DNA of 64,000 bases, taken from contig JAWOLC010000016.1 in NCBI GenBank assembly GCA_033853925.1, positions 16,670-80,669 of the forward strand. The letters run 5' to 3'. The notes beneath the pieces are model-generated. The model made no database searches and had not been told where the DNA came from. It saw nothing but the letters and a program-made list of their open reading frames with translations. Both the position numbers and the translations under genes were made by a program. The stretch comes from Candidatus Eiseniibacteriota bacterium. Its GTDB lineage: Bacteria; Eisenbacteria; RBG-16-71-46. Position 1 is the first letter of the stretch; every line of letters begins with the position of its first letter. Positions 37,474 to 47,026 of the stretch are shown here, piece after piece.

Positions 37474-38502
37474 TCAACGCACCAGCACGCCGCCGACCAG
37501 GACCGCGATCGTGACGTGGACGAGGATGGCGAGGAGCGCGGTGATGGCCACGGGCAGGTGGGCCACGTGCCACCAGCCGAACACGCGGTGCGTGGCGTCC
37601 AGCATGCGCACCTGCTGGTCCAGCGCGAGCTGCCGGCGGGCGAGCGCGAGAGCCGCGGCCACCGCCCGGCGATCCGGCGCCGGCTCTCCGGGCCGCGGGC
37701 GCGACCAGCGCTTCTGCAGGGCGCGCAGCGCCCGGCGCCGCGCCAGGTCGTCGGCCACGAGGTGCGCGAAGGTGCCCAGGAGGCCGTGCCCCGCCCCGCG
37801 GGCGGGGCCCAGGGTCAGGGACTGCTCGACCTCGCCGGGGTCGAGCCCGGTCTCGGCCGCGATGCGCGTGAGCAGCGCCCGGCGCTCGTTGACCACCTCG
37901 TCGCGCGAGAGCTCGAGGCCGTTCCGCCGGCGGGGGATGTGCGCGTAGAGGTAGCGGCCCACGATCCCGCTCAGGATGACCAGCATCATGGCCGCGTAGC
38001 CCAGGCCGATGAGGCCCGTGAAGCGCCAGCCCGCGTGGACGGCCACGACGAAGGGCAGCGTCAGCCCCGCCAGGATGTGGACGCGAAGCCAGACGCCCAG
38101 GTTCCCGCGGCGGCGCAATGCGCCCAGGTGCTTCCGCAGGGGATAGAGCCACATGAAGAGGAAGAGGGACAGACCCGCGATGCCGAACCCGAGCCCGAGC
38201 GCGCCGGCGGGATCGAGCAGAGGCCGGAGCGGATCGCGGGCGCGGCCGGCCGGGCCGAGCAGATAGAAGGGCAGGTAACGGAGCGTGACGCCCAGCGGAA
38301 TCGCCAGCAGGCAGGCGATGGCCACGCGATCCACGACGATCGCCGGACTCTTCTCCCCTTGCCGCGCACGCTCGGGGCTCTCAGGGCGCAAGGCGAGGCT
38401 CTCCGCGTCAGGGACTCTGGTGCTGCGAGGCTCGGAACCCGGAGCGGCGCGCGGCGTCGATTCCGCCTGCCGCCGGGTCACGAGGGCGCTCAGCGAGTTC
38501 AC
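37474..38502 (-). CDS. Ferric-reductase-like di-heme b membrane protein
   Basis: Two His-x13-His pairs in TM helices (HILAGLTLPFVVAVH; HLPVAITALLAILVH). GGAAGG RBS before GTG 38502 (start uncertain). Confidence 0.75.
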   Translation of the reverse strand: MNSLSALVTRRQAESTPRAAPGSEPRSTRVPDAESLALRPESPERARQGEKSPAIVVDRVAIACLLAIPLGVTLRYLPFYLLGPAGRARDPLRPLLDPAGALGLGFGIAGLSLFLFMWLYPLRKHLGALRRRGNLGVWLRVHILAGLTLPFVVAVHAGWRFTGLIGLGYAAMMLVILSGIVGRYLYAHIPRRRNGLELSRDEVVNERRALLTRIAAETGLDPGEVEQSLTLGPARGAGHGLLGTFAHLVADDLARRRALRALQKRWSRPRPGEPAPDRRAVAAALALARRQLALDQQVRMLDATHRVFGWWHVAHLPVAITALLAILVHVTIAVLVGGVLVR

Positions 38503-38642
38503 GGCTACCGCCTTCCACCCGCATGGGTTGGTCGGGATCAGGCGTTTCCGATGTATAGGCGGACGTAACGGCGCATATACGCAAGTACCATTACGGGGGA
38601 CGCGCTCCGGACTCATCAAGGCTAAGGCCCGCATGCCTTCGC

Positions 38643-38659
38643 TTGTCAGGGAAGTGTCA
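38643..38659. promoter_or_regulatory. OmpR/PhoB-like tandem box (11-bp period)
   Basis: TTGTCA-gggaa-GTGTCA in the relatively AT-rich intergenic region upstream of the cytochrome operon. Confidence 0.3.
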
Positions 38660-38951
38660 CTGCCTTGGCCGCGCCCCGCCTCGGGCTCCGCCCCTTGAGC
38701 GCCGCCGTGGCCCGCGGGCAACCCGACCTCGGCGAGTCTCTCGTCCGGCGTCGCGCCCCGCTCGGAGAAGGTGCCGCCCGCGGACCTCTCGGCCGCTCTC
38801 CCACGAAGAAGAGCAGCTTCGAGCGCCCGCGGGCGGCTGTGGGCCCTCTCGCTGGATGGACGACGATGGCGAAACCCCGCTCGTCCTCCTCAGGATGCCG
38901 GCCTGGTGACGCTGCCGTGGTGGGCAGGAAGCGCGCCGCCCGGCGGCAGGA

Positions 38952-39110
38952 TCACGGGTGGAGCATCGTCGCCCAGGCCAGGGCGGGCTTGGCGAACCAT
39001 AGAATCGCCAGGATCAGGATCCCCAACATCGCCATGATGACGATCTCGGCGACCGCCTGCCCGGGAGAGACTTGGGCTCGGGGATCACGAGGAGGACGAT
39101 GATAGGCCAC
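38952..39110 (-). CDS. 52-aa membrane microprotein with class III (prepilin-like) signal
   Basis: GGAGG 6 nt before GTG. MAYHRPPRDPRAQVSPG|QAVAEIVIMAMLGILILAILWFAKPALAWATMLHP. Confidence 0.6.
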   Translation of the reverse strand: MAYHRPPRDPRAQVSPGQAVAEIVIMAMLGILILAILWFAKPALAWATMLHP

Positions 39111-39719
39111 GGTGCACCTCCGATGGCTCGGACTCCGGTCTTGTTCGCCCCGCACGGGCCAGGTCCGGGCCCGGCCTCGCCTTCTGTCTGCGGCCCGCGC
39201 AGGTGCTGAATCGGCGAACGAACACGGCCTCGAATGCCGCGAGGGTGAGGATCGAGACGGCCGGCGACCTCCTCTCCATTTCGCGCAGGCTCGGGCGGGG
39301 GCGGCCGGCACGGCCTCTGACTGCTCGTCGTCCTCGCGGCGGCGCAGGGGGCGCGCCGCGCTTCGGTGCCGTCCAGGCACCTCGCTCTTCATGCTGAGCC
39401 CTCGGGCCTTTCCCGTGTCCCGTGCCTGTGGGGAGCGAGCAAGGAGTGCGCAAAATCGCCGCGATCAGGGCGGCCCGCCCACCATCCCTGCGCGCGGGCT
39501 CGCCCCGCGCTGGCCCGCCCGCCTGCCTCGCTCGTCCGCTTCTGCTCCCCGTGAGGCCCCGCCGGCGGGCGGCCGGTGATAGCCTCCCCGCCCGCGGAGC
39601 CATTCTCCCTCGAGTTCCCTGACGAGTCCTGGCCCCGCGGCAGTCCCGCGCAGGGCGGGGCGCGCAAGTCCAGCCGCCCCGGCCCGGTGCCCACTCACCC
39701 TCGAGGAGGAACCTCCGGC

Positions 39720-41684
39720 ATGTACCGACCGCACCGCTGGTCTCGAATCGCCGCTCCACTCCTGCTCGCGACTCTGGCCCTCGGTCCGCTCGCCGGCGCC
39801 GCCCGCGCCGCGCTGCCGCCGCTCGCCCCGCGCGACGTGTTCTTCGGCAATCCGGTCAAGGCGAACCCGCAGCTCTCGCCCGACGGCAAGCTGCTCGGCT
39901 ACCTCGCGCCCTCCGACAAGGGCGTGCTGAACGTCTGGGTCAAGACCATCGGCCAGAACGACGACCGCATGGTCACCCGCGACGAGAAGCGCGGCATCCG
40001 GCAGTACTACTTCGCCGAGGACGGCAAGACCCTGCTCTACCTGCAGGACGTGGCGGGGAACGAGAACTTCCATCTCTACGCCGTGCCCCTGGCGGGGGGC
40101 GAGACCCGCGACCTCACGCCGCACGAGGGCGCGCGCGCCATCGGCGTGGACATGGACAAGAACCACCCCGACGAGCTAGTCGTGGGCCTGAACCTGCGCG
40201 ACAAGCGGCTCTTCGACAGCTATCGCGTCGTCATCAGCACCGGCGAGGAGAAGCTGGAGGCGGAGAACCCCGGCGACGTGCAGGGCTGGGGCACGGACGC
40301 CGCCTTCGTGGTGCGCGCGGCCTTGGCCATGGACCCCAAGGACGGCAGCCAGATCCTGCGCGTCCGCGACGACGCCGCGGCGCCCTGGCGGGATCTGCTC
40401 GTGCTCCCGCCCGAGGAGAACGGCTCGTTCCTGGGCTTCACCGCCGACGGCAAGGCGGCCTACGTCACCACCTCGGTCGGCTCCGACGTCACCCGCCTGG
40501 TGAAGGTCGACCTGGCCACGGGCAAGGAGCTGGAGAGCCTGGCCGTGGATCCGCGCTGCGACGTGGGCGGGGTGCTGATCCACCCGGACACCCGCATCGT
40601 CCAGGCCGTGGGCTTCGACTACCTGCGCAACGAGTGGAAGGTGCTGGATCCGGCGATCGCCGCGGACTTCGCCGCGCTGCGCAAGCTGAATCCCGGCGAC
40701 TTCGCCGTCACCAGCCGGGACCGCGCCGACCAGCAGTGGGTCGTGGCCTACACGAACAGCGACAGCCAGGTGAAGTGGTACCTGTACGACCGCAAGACGA
40801 AGAAGGCCGCGTTCCTCTTCGGCAACCAGCCGGCGCTCGAGCAGGTGAAGCTGGCCAAGATGGAGGGCGTGGTCATCAAGGCCCGCGACGGGCTGGACAT
40901 TCCCTGCTACCTGACGCTGCCCGTGGGCGTGCCGGCCAAGAACCTGCCCACGGTCCTCTACATTCACGGCGGCCCCTGGGCCCGCGACTCCTGGGGCTAC
41001 AGCCCGACCGACCAGTGGCTGGCCAATCGCGGCTACGCGGTCGTCAACGTGAACTACCGCGCCTCGACCGGCTTCGGCAAGAAGTTCCTGCACGCCGGCG
41101 ACCTGCAGTGGGGCGCCAAGATGCAGGACGACCTGACCGACGCCGCGAAGTGGGCGATCGCCAAGGGCTACGCCGATCCCAAGCGGGTGGCCATCATGGG
41201 CGGCTCGTACGGCGGCTACGCCACCCTGGCGGGCCTCACCTTCACGCCCGACCTCTACGCGTGCGGCGTGGACATCGTCGGGCCGTCGAACCTCAAGACC
41301 CTGCTGGAGTCGGTGCCGCCCTACTGGGCGACCATGCGCAAGCTCTGGGACCTGCGCATGGGCCCCGTGGACCGGGACTCGGTCTTCAATCAGCGCGTCT
41401 CGCCGCTCTTCCACGTGGACGCGATCAAGGTGCCGCTCATGATCGGCCAGGGCCAGAACGACCCCCGGGTGAACGTGCGCGAGTCCGACCAGATCGTGGC
41501 CGCCATGCGCGCGAAGAACCTGCCGGTCGAGTACGTGGTCTACACGGACGAGGGGCACGGGTTCGCGCGACCGCAGAATCGGCTCGATTTCTACGGGCGC
41601 GCCGAGAACTTCCTGGCCAAGCACCTGGGCGGACGCGCCGAGCCCTTCTCGGAGGTGACGGGCAGCTCGGCCGTGGTGAAGTAG
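39720..41684 (+). CDS. Secreted S9 family serine peptidase (dipeptidyl aminopeptidase/acylaminoacyl peptidase-like)
   Basis: Signal peptide, IHGGPW, GGSYGG (Ser), NDPRV (Asp), DEGHG (His). Confidence 0.93.
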   Translation: MYRPHRWSRIAAPLLLATLALGPLAGAARAALPPLAPRDVFFGNPVKANPQLSPDGKLLGYLAPSDKGVLNVWVKTIGQNDDRMVTRDEKRGIRQYYFAEDGKTLLYLQDVAGNENFHLYAVPLAGGETRDLTPHEGARAIGVDMDKNHPDELVVGLNLRDKRLFDSYRVVISTGEEKLEAENPGDVQGWGTDAAFVVRAALAMDPKDGSQILRVRDDAAAPWRDLLVLPPEENGSFLGFTADGKAAYVTTSVGSDVTRLVKVDLATGKELESLAVDPRCDVGGVLIHPDTRIVQAVGFDYLRNEWKVLDPAIAADFAALRKLNPGDFAVTSRDRADQQWVVAYTNSDSQVKWYLYDRKTKKAAFLFGNQPALEQVKLAKMEGVVIKARDGLDIPCYLTLPVGVPAKNLPTVLYIHGGPWARDSWGYSPTDQWLANRGYAVVNVNYRASTGFGKKFLHAGDLQWGAKMQDDLTDAAKWAIAKGYADPKRVAIMGGSYGGYATLAGLTFTPDLYACGVDIVGPSNLKTLLESVPPYWATMRKLWDLRMGPVDRDSVFNQRVSPLFHVDAIKVPLMIGQGQNDPRVNVRESDQIVAAMRAKNLPVEYVVYTDEGHGFARPQNRLDFYGRAENFLAKHLGGRAEPFSEVTGSSAVVK

Positions 41685-41696
41685 CGACTCGCCGCG

Positions 41697-41730
41697 AAGG
41701 CCCCGGTCCCGAGAGCGGCCGGGGCCTTTC
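41697..41730 (+). terminator. Intrinsic terminator
   Basis: AAGGCCCCGG / CCGGGGCCTT stem followed by T residues, 13 nt after the stop. Confidence 0.65.
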
Positions 41731-41799
41731 GCGTGCCCGCGGCGCGCCTCCGCGCCTCGCCGCCCCCGGGCGAGGAAGCCGCCGCGGCTCACTTCGTCC

Positions 41800-41854
41800 T
41801 TGACAGCGGACCGGGCTCCGTGATGTTATGCACAATGTCGCATAACTATTCATG
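41800..41854 (+). promoter_or_regulatory. arg operon promoter with tandem ARG boxes
   Basis: TTGACA 41800-41805; TGTTAT -10 candidate at 41824; CGCATAACTATTCA (41839-41852) matches TGMATAWWWATKCA at 12 of 14; second half-site ATGCA at 41828-41832. Confidence 0.75.
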
Positions 41855-41870
41855 CTGACGGAGGTCGCCC

Positions 41871-42341
41871 ATGCAGCGCTCGCGCCGTCTCGCCGTCCTG
41901 GCCCACCTGCTCGCCGATCGTCGCTTCACGAGCCAGCAGGCGCTGGTCAAGGCCCTGGCCCACTCGGGGGTGGAGGCCACCCAGGCCACGCTTTCCCGCG
42001 ACCTGCGCAGCCTGGGCGTGCTGAAGCGCCCCGGGGCGCAGGGACGCATGGTCTACGAGCTGCCGGGCCCGGAGAGCGAGACCCTGGACCGCCAGCGGCA
42101 ATCGCTCGACCTCAAGGTCTTCGTGAACGAGGTCCGCGTCGCCCAGAACCTGGCCCTGGTCCGCACGCCGCCCGGCCACGCCAACGCCGTGGCCCGGGCC
42201 ATCGACCTGGAGCGGTTCGCGGGCGTCGTGGGCTCCGTGGCCGGCGACGACACCGTGCTGGTCGTGACCGAGGACGCCTCCGCCGCGCGACGATTCAAGC
42301 GCCTGCTCGATTCGCTCCACGGCTCCGGTACCCGGCAGTGA
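41871..42341 (+). CDS. argR: Arginine repressor
   Basis: SQQALV, TQATLSRDL, GSVAGDDT. Confidence 0.96.
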   Translation: MQRSRRLAVLAHLLADRRFTSQQALVKALAHSGVEATQATLSRDLRSLGVLKRPGAQGRMVYELPGPESETLDRQRQSLDLKVFVNEVRVAQNLALVRTPPGHANAVARAIDLERFAGVVGSVAGDDTVLVVTEDASAARRFKRLLDSLHGSGTRQ

Positions 42342-43504
42342 GCGCCCTGCGCGCAGAGCCGGCCGGGCTCGAGTCCCGGGCCGGCGGCGGAGGCGTAGCG
42401 CCCGCGCCGCGGAACCGGCCACCGCGAGTCCAGGCCGCGGGGGAGCGCCCCGAGGAGCGCCGGCTCGGGCGCGTGGCCCTGCTCGGCGCCAGCGGCTATT
42501 CCGGTCAGGAGTTCGCCCGCCTGGCCCTCTCCCATCCAGGCCTCGAGCTGGGCGTGCTGTGCTCGCGCGAGCACGCGGGTCGGCCGGCGGTCGAGCTGCT
42601 CGCCGGGCTCGACCCGCGCGCCGCGGCGCTGCCCGAGGTCGTGGATCCCGCGAGCCTCGAGGAGCGCCTGGCGGACGGCGCCTTCGACACCCTCGTCTCC
42701 TGTCTGCCGCACGGCGCCTGGAAGGCCCTCGCCGCGGAGCGCCCGGCCCTGGCCCGGGGCCCGGCGCGGGTCGTGGATCTCTCCGCCGACTTCCGCGACG
42801 GCGGCAGCCCCTCGACCGGCCCCGGCGCGGAGAACGGGGACGAGGGCTACGCCTACGGTCTCCCCGAGGCCTTCCGCGCCGAGATCGTGGGCGCCGCGCG
42901 CGTGGCGAACCCGGGCTGCTATCCCACCGCCGCCACCCTGGCGCTGCTGCCCGCGGCCGCGCGGCTCGCGGGGCCCGTGATGGTGAGCGCCCTCTCGGGG
43001 CTGAGCGGCGCCGGCCGCTCGCCGCAGCTCGGCACCTCGTTCGTCGAGCGGGACGGCGGTGCCGCCCTCTACCGCGCCGGAGCCGTGCACGCGCACGTGC
43101 CCGAGATGGAGCGGAACCTCGCGCGCCTCGGCGGAGTCGCGATCCCCGTCGGCTTCGCGCCCCAGCTCGTGCCCATGGCGCGGGGCATCCTGCTCGTGGC
43201 GAGCGCCCCGCTCGCCGAGCCGGTCTCCCCCGAGGAGATCCGGGCCCTCTACGCCGCGCGCTTCGCCGGCGAGCGGTTCGTCCGCCTCCTCGAGCCGGGC
43301 GAGTGGCCCGAGACGCGCACCGTGCGGGGCTCGAACCGCTGCGACCTCGCCGTCACGACCCTGCACGGCGGGCGCACGCTGCTGGCCACCGCGGCGCTGG
43401 ACAACCTCGTCAAGGGCGCAGCCGGCCAGGCGCTGCAGAACCTCAACCTGATGCTGGGCTGGCCCGAGGACACGGGCCTCGCCGTGCACGGCCTCCCATG
43501 GTGA
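42338..43504 (+). CDS. argC: N-acetyl-gamma-glutamyl-phosphate reductase
   Basis: GASGYSG, DLSADFR, ANPGCYPT, SGLSGAGR, DNLVKGAAGQA. GTG start overlaps the argR stop. Confidence 0.95.
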   Translation: MSALRAEPAGLESRAGGGGVAPAPRNRPPRVQAAGERPEERRLGRVALLGASGYSGQEFARLALSHPGLELGVLCSREHAGRPAVELLAGLDPRAAALPEVVDPASLEERLADGAFDTLVSCLPHGAWKALAAERPALARGPARVVDLSADFRDGGSPSTGPGAENGDEGYAYGLPEAFRAEIVGAARVANPGCYPTAATLALLPAAARLAGPVMVSALSGLSGAGRSPQLGTSFVERDGGAALYRAGAVHAHVPEMERNLARLGGVAIPVGFAPQLVPMARGILLVASAPLAEPVSPEEIRALYAARFAGERFVRLLEPGEWPETRTVRGSNRCDLAVTTLHGGRTLLATAALDNLVKGAAGQALQNLNLMLGWPEDTGLAVHGLPW

Positions 43505-44400
43505 GGCCCGCGCGGAGCGCTCGCCCCGGGCCCGCCGTCGCCGCGGGAACGGGAGCCGCCCGCGCTCCCTTCGCCCCTCCGGGGAGCCCGGTGGTCCTCA
43601 AGCTGGGCGGCCGGGCGCTCGAGGCGCCAGGGGCCGGAGCCGAGCTGGCCGACGAGATCCTGCCCCTGGCCGGCCGGATCGTGCTCGTCCACGGCGGCGG
43701 CGCGGAGGTGAGCGCCTGGTGCCAGCGGCTCGGCCTCGTCCCGCGCTTCGTGGACGGGCTCCGCGTCACGGACGGACCCACGCTCGAGGTGGCCATCGCG
43801 GTCCTGGCCGGCCTGGCGAATCGGCGCCTGGTCGCCGCCCTGCGCGGGCACGGAGTCGACGCGGTGGGGCTCTCGGCGCTGGACGGCGGCCTCGCCGAGG
43901 TCGCTCCCCACCCGGACGCGGCCCGGCTCGGCGCGGTGGGTCGCGTGCGCGCCATCGACCCGAGCCTCCTCCATGGCCTCCTCTCCGGGGGTCGGGTGCC
44001 GGTGCTGGCCAGCATCGGGGCGAGCGCCGGAGCGCTCTTCAACCTGAACGCGGACGATCTCGCGGCGGCCGTCGCGGGCGCGCTGGCGGCCGGCGCGCTC
44101 GTGCTGCTCAGCGACACGCCGGGGCTCGTCCTCGAAGGGGCGCGCGTGCCCCGCCTGGGGGCCGATTCGGTGGCCTCGCTGCTCGAGCATCCGCACGTCA
44201 CCGGCGGCATGCGGCCCAAGCTGCGGGCGGCGCGGGCGGCGATCCGCGGAGGCGCGCGCCGGGTGCACATCGCCGCCTGGCAGGGCCCGGGCACGCTCGG
44301 GGCGCTCCTCGCCGGCTCGGCCGAGGCCACGACGGTGGAGGCGGGGGGCGGCGAAGGGGCGCGCCTCGCGAGCGCGACCGGCCGAGGGACCACGCCATGA
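43498..44400 (+). CDS. argB: Acetylglutamate kinase
   Basis: VLKLGG, VHGGG, DGLRVTD, NLNAD, GGMRPKL. Confidence 0.95.
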   Translation: MVRPARSARPGPAVAAGTGAARAPFAPPGSPVVLKLGGRALEAPGAGAELADEILPLAGRIVLVHGGGAEVSAWCQRLGLVPRFVDGLRVTDGPTLEVAIAVLAGLANRRLVAALRGHGVDAVGLSALDGGLAEVAPHPDAARLGAVGRVRAIDPSLLHGLLSGGRVPVLASIGASAGALFNLNADDLAAAVAGALAAGALVLLSDTPGLVLEGARVPRLGADSVASLLEHPHVTGGMRPKLRAARAAIRGGARRVHIAAWQGPGTLGALLAGSAEATTVEAGGGEGARLASATGRGTTP

Positions 44401-45632
44401 CGGACACGTTGCCCGCGGCCGGCGCCGCGGCCGTCGAGGAGCGCGAGCGGTTCGCGCCGGTCTATCCCCTGCCCCGGCTCGAGCTGGCGTCGGGACGCGG
44501 CGCATGGGTCGTGGACGCCGCGGGGCGCCAGTACCTCGACTTCGTGAGCGGCATCGCCGTGAACGCGTTCGGGCACGCGCCGCCCGGGCTCGCCCGCGCC
44601 ATCGCCCGCCAGACGCGGGTGCTGGTCCACGCCTCGAACCTCTTCACGCACGGGCCGGGCGAGGCCCTCGCCGCCGGGCTCACGGAGGCCACGGGCTACG
44701 ACCGGGTGTTCTTCTGCAACAGCGGCAGCGAGGGCGTCGAGGCCGCCCTCAAGTTCGCCCGCGCGCGGGCGAGGGCCCGGGGACGCGCCGGGCGCGGGGT
44801 TCTCGCCTTCCGCGGAGGCTTTCACGGACGCACCGCGCTGTCGCTCTCGGTGACGTGGACGCCCGCGTACCGCGAGCCCTTCGAGCCCCTGGTGCCGGGC
44901 GTCCGCTTCGCGGACTTCGACCGGGCGGAAGCCTTGGACGAGGCGCTCGACGCGGAGATCTGCGCGGCGATCGTCGAGCCCGTGCAGGGCGAGAGCGGCG
45001 TGATCCCCGCCAGCCGAGAGTTCCTCGAGAAGCTGCGGGCGCGCTGCACCGAGCGCGGTGCCCTGCTGATCTTCGACGAAGTGCAGTGCGGCCTGGGCCG
45101 TTGCGGCCGACTCCTCGCCGCGGAGCACTACGGGGTCCGCGCCGACCTCGTGGTCCTGAGCAAGGCTCTCGGCGGGGGGCTGCCCCTGGGCGCCGTGCTC
45201 ATGACGGCCGAAGTCGCCGACGCCCTCGCCCCCGGCATGCACGGCTGCACCTTCGGCGGCGGTCCCGTGTCGACCACGGCGGGGGCCTGGGTCCTCGCCC
45301 GCGTGCGCCGGCCGGCCTTCCTCGCCCGCGTGCGCCGCCGCGGGCGGGAGCTGGGGGCGGGACTCGAGGCGCTGGCGGCGCGGCGGCCCTCGCTCGCCCA
45401 GGCCCGCGGCCTCGGCCTGATGCGCGCGGTCGAGATCGCCCCCGCCGCCCCGTACGACCCACCCATGCTCGTCGCCGCGGCTCGCGAGCAGGGCCTCCTG
45501 CTCGTGCGCGGCGGCCCCCGAGCCGTGCGCTTCCTTCCCCCGCTCAACGTGACCCACGGCGAGATCGCGCTGGCCCTCGAGCGCTTCGAGGCCGCGGTCG
45601 CCACCCTCGAGAAGAAAGGCGAGACGAGATGA
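44397..45632 (+). CDS. argD: Acetylornithine aminotransferase
   Basis: DFVSGIAVNAFGH, NSGSEG, FHGRT, EPVQGE, FDEVQCG, SKALGGG. Confidence 0.95.
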   Translation: MTDTLPAAGAAAVEERERFAPVYPLPRLELASGRGAWVVDAAGRQYLDFVSGIAVNAFGHAPPGLARAIARQTRVLVHASNLFTHGPGEALAAGLTEATGYDRVFFCNSGSEGVEAALKFARARARARGRAGRGVLAFRGGFHGRTALSLSVTWTPAYREPFEPLVPGVRFADFDRAEALDEALDAEICAAIVEPVQGESGVIPASREFLEKLRARCTERGALLIFDEVQCGLGRCGRLLAAEHYGVRADLVVLSKALGGGLPLGAVLMTAEVADALAPGMHGCTFGGGPVSTTAGAWVLARVRRPAFLARVRRRGRELGAGLEALAARRPSLAQARGLGLMRAVEIAPAAPYDPPMLVAAAREQGLLLVRGGPRAVRFLPPLNVTHGEIALALERFEAAVATLEKKGETR

Positions 45633-47026
45633 AGAACGGACACGAGATCGAGAAGGCAGTGCTCGCGTACTCCGGCGGACTCGACACCAGCATCATCGTG
45701 CCCTGGCTGAAGGAGCAATACGGGTGCGAGGTCGTCTGCTACTGCGCGGACGTCGGGCAGGGCGCCGAGCTGGAGGGGCTCGAGGCCAAGGCGCTCGCCA
45801 GCGGCGCGAGCGAGGTCGTGGTCGAGGACCTGCGCGAGCCCTTCCTCACCGATTTCGCCTTTCCCGCGCTCCGGGCCGCCGCCGTCTACGAGGGACGCTA
45901 CCTGCTCGGCACCTCGCTCGCCCGCCCGCTGATCGCCGCCCGGCAGGTGCACTGGGCGCTGCGGCTGGGAGCGGACGCCGTGGCCCACGGCTGCACCGGC
46001 AAGGGAAACGATCAGGTGCGCTTCGAGCTGGCCTACCAGGCCCTGGCGCCCCGGCTCGCCGTGATCGCGCCGTGGCGGGAGTGGGACCTCACGTCCCGCG
46101 AGGACGCGCTCGCCTACGCGGCGCGCCATGGCATCCCGGTCGCGCAGACGTCGCGAGATCTCTTCTCGCGGGACGGGAACCTGTGGCACCTCTCGCACGA
46201 GGGCGGGCCGCTCGAGGATCCCGCGACCGTGGCCCCCGAGAGCCTCTATCGCCTGACCCGCGCTCCGGAGCGGCAGCCCGCCGCGCCGGAGCGCGTGACC
46301 CTCGGCTTCACCGGCGGGCGGCCCGTGAGCCTGGACGGGGAGAGCCTCGAGCCCGTGGCCCTGGTCACGGCGCTGAACGAGCGTGCCGGCCGGCACGGGG
46401 TGGGACGCGTGGACATCGTCGAGAGCCGCCTCGTGGGGATGAAGTCGCGCGGGGTCTACGAGACGCCGGCCGGGACGGTGCTGCGGGAGGCGCTGGAGGA
46501 TCTGTGCGCGCTGGTGCTGCCGCACGACCTGCTGCGCACGCGCGCGGAGCTGGCGCCGCGCTTCGCGGACCTCGTCTACAACGGGCAGTGGTTCTCGCCC
46601 CTGCGCGCGGCCCTGCAGGCCTTCGCCGACACGGCGCTCGAGCCGGCGAGCGGGGAGGTGACGGTGGAGCTTCACCGCGGGCAGGTCCGGGCCGTGGCGC
46701 GCACGAGCCCCTGGTCGCTCTATCGCCCGGGGCTGGCCTCCTTCGACATGACCGGCTACGACGCCACGCACGCCGAGGGCTTCATCCGGCTCTTCGGCCT
46801 GCCCCTGGCGACCGCGGCCTGGCGCGACGCCGAGGCGAGGACGAGCGGCGACGCCCCCGCGGCCGCACGAAGCCGCCCGGAGCCTGTGGGCGCGTGGAGC
46901 CCGGTGAGGATCGGCGAGGCGAGCCCGGCCGGGGAGCCGAGCGCACCCGAGGAGCCCCCGAGGCACCGGTGCTCCACCTCCCCGGCGCCCGAAGCGGCGC
47001 GACCCGGGACCCGCCATGCCGACTGA
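45629..47026 (+). CDS. argG: Argininosuccinate synthase
   Basis: LAYSGGLDTS, HGCTGKGNDQVRF, GMKSRGVYETP. About 55-aa low-complexity C-terminal tail. Confidence 0.97.
   Translation: MKNGHEIEKAVLAYSGGLDTSIIVPWLKEQYGCEVVCYCADVGQGAELEGLEAKALASGASEVVVEDLREPFLTDFAFPALRAAAVYEGRYLLGTSLARPLIAARQVHWALRLGADAVAHGCTGKGNDQVRFELAYQALAPRLAVIAPWREWDLTSREDALAYAARHGIPVAQTSRDLFSRDGNLWHLSHEGGPLEDPATVAPESLYRLTRAPERQPAAPERVTLGFTGGRPVSLDGESLEPVALVTALNERAGRHGVGRVDIVESRLVGMKSRGVYETPAGTVLREALEDLCALVLPHDLLRTRAELAPRFADLVYNGQWFSPLRAALQAFADTALEPASGEVTVELHRGQVRAVARTSPWSLYRPGLASFDMTGYDATHAEGFIRLFGLPLATAAWRDAEARTSGDAPAAARSRPEPVGAWSPVRIGEASPAGEPSAPEEPPRHRCSTSPAPEAARPGTRHAD

Noticed and set aside
27466-39125. Identical 14-mer CGGAGGTGCACCGT before the starts at 27465 and 39110
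   Set aside because: Mostly the Shine-Dalgarno core plus spacer. Two occurrences do not support a distinct element.
42338-47026. Low-complexity N-/C-terminal extensions on ArgC, ArgB and ArgG as functional domains
   Set aside because: Pro/Ala/Arg-rich with no motif. Likely drift of start/stop positions in a GC-rich operon, and start sites are uncertain.
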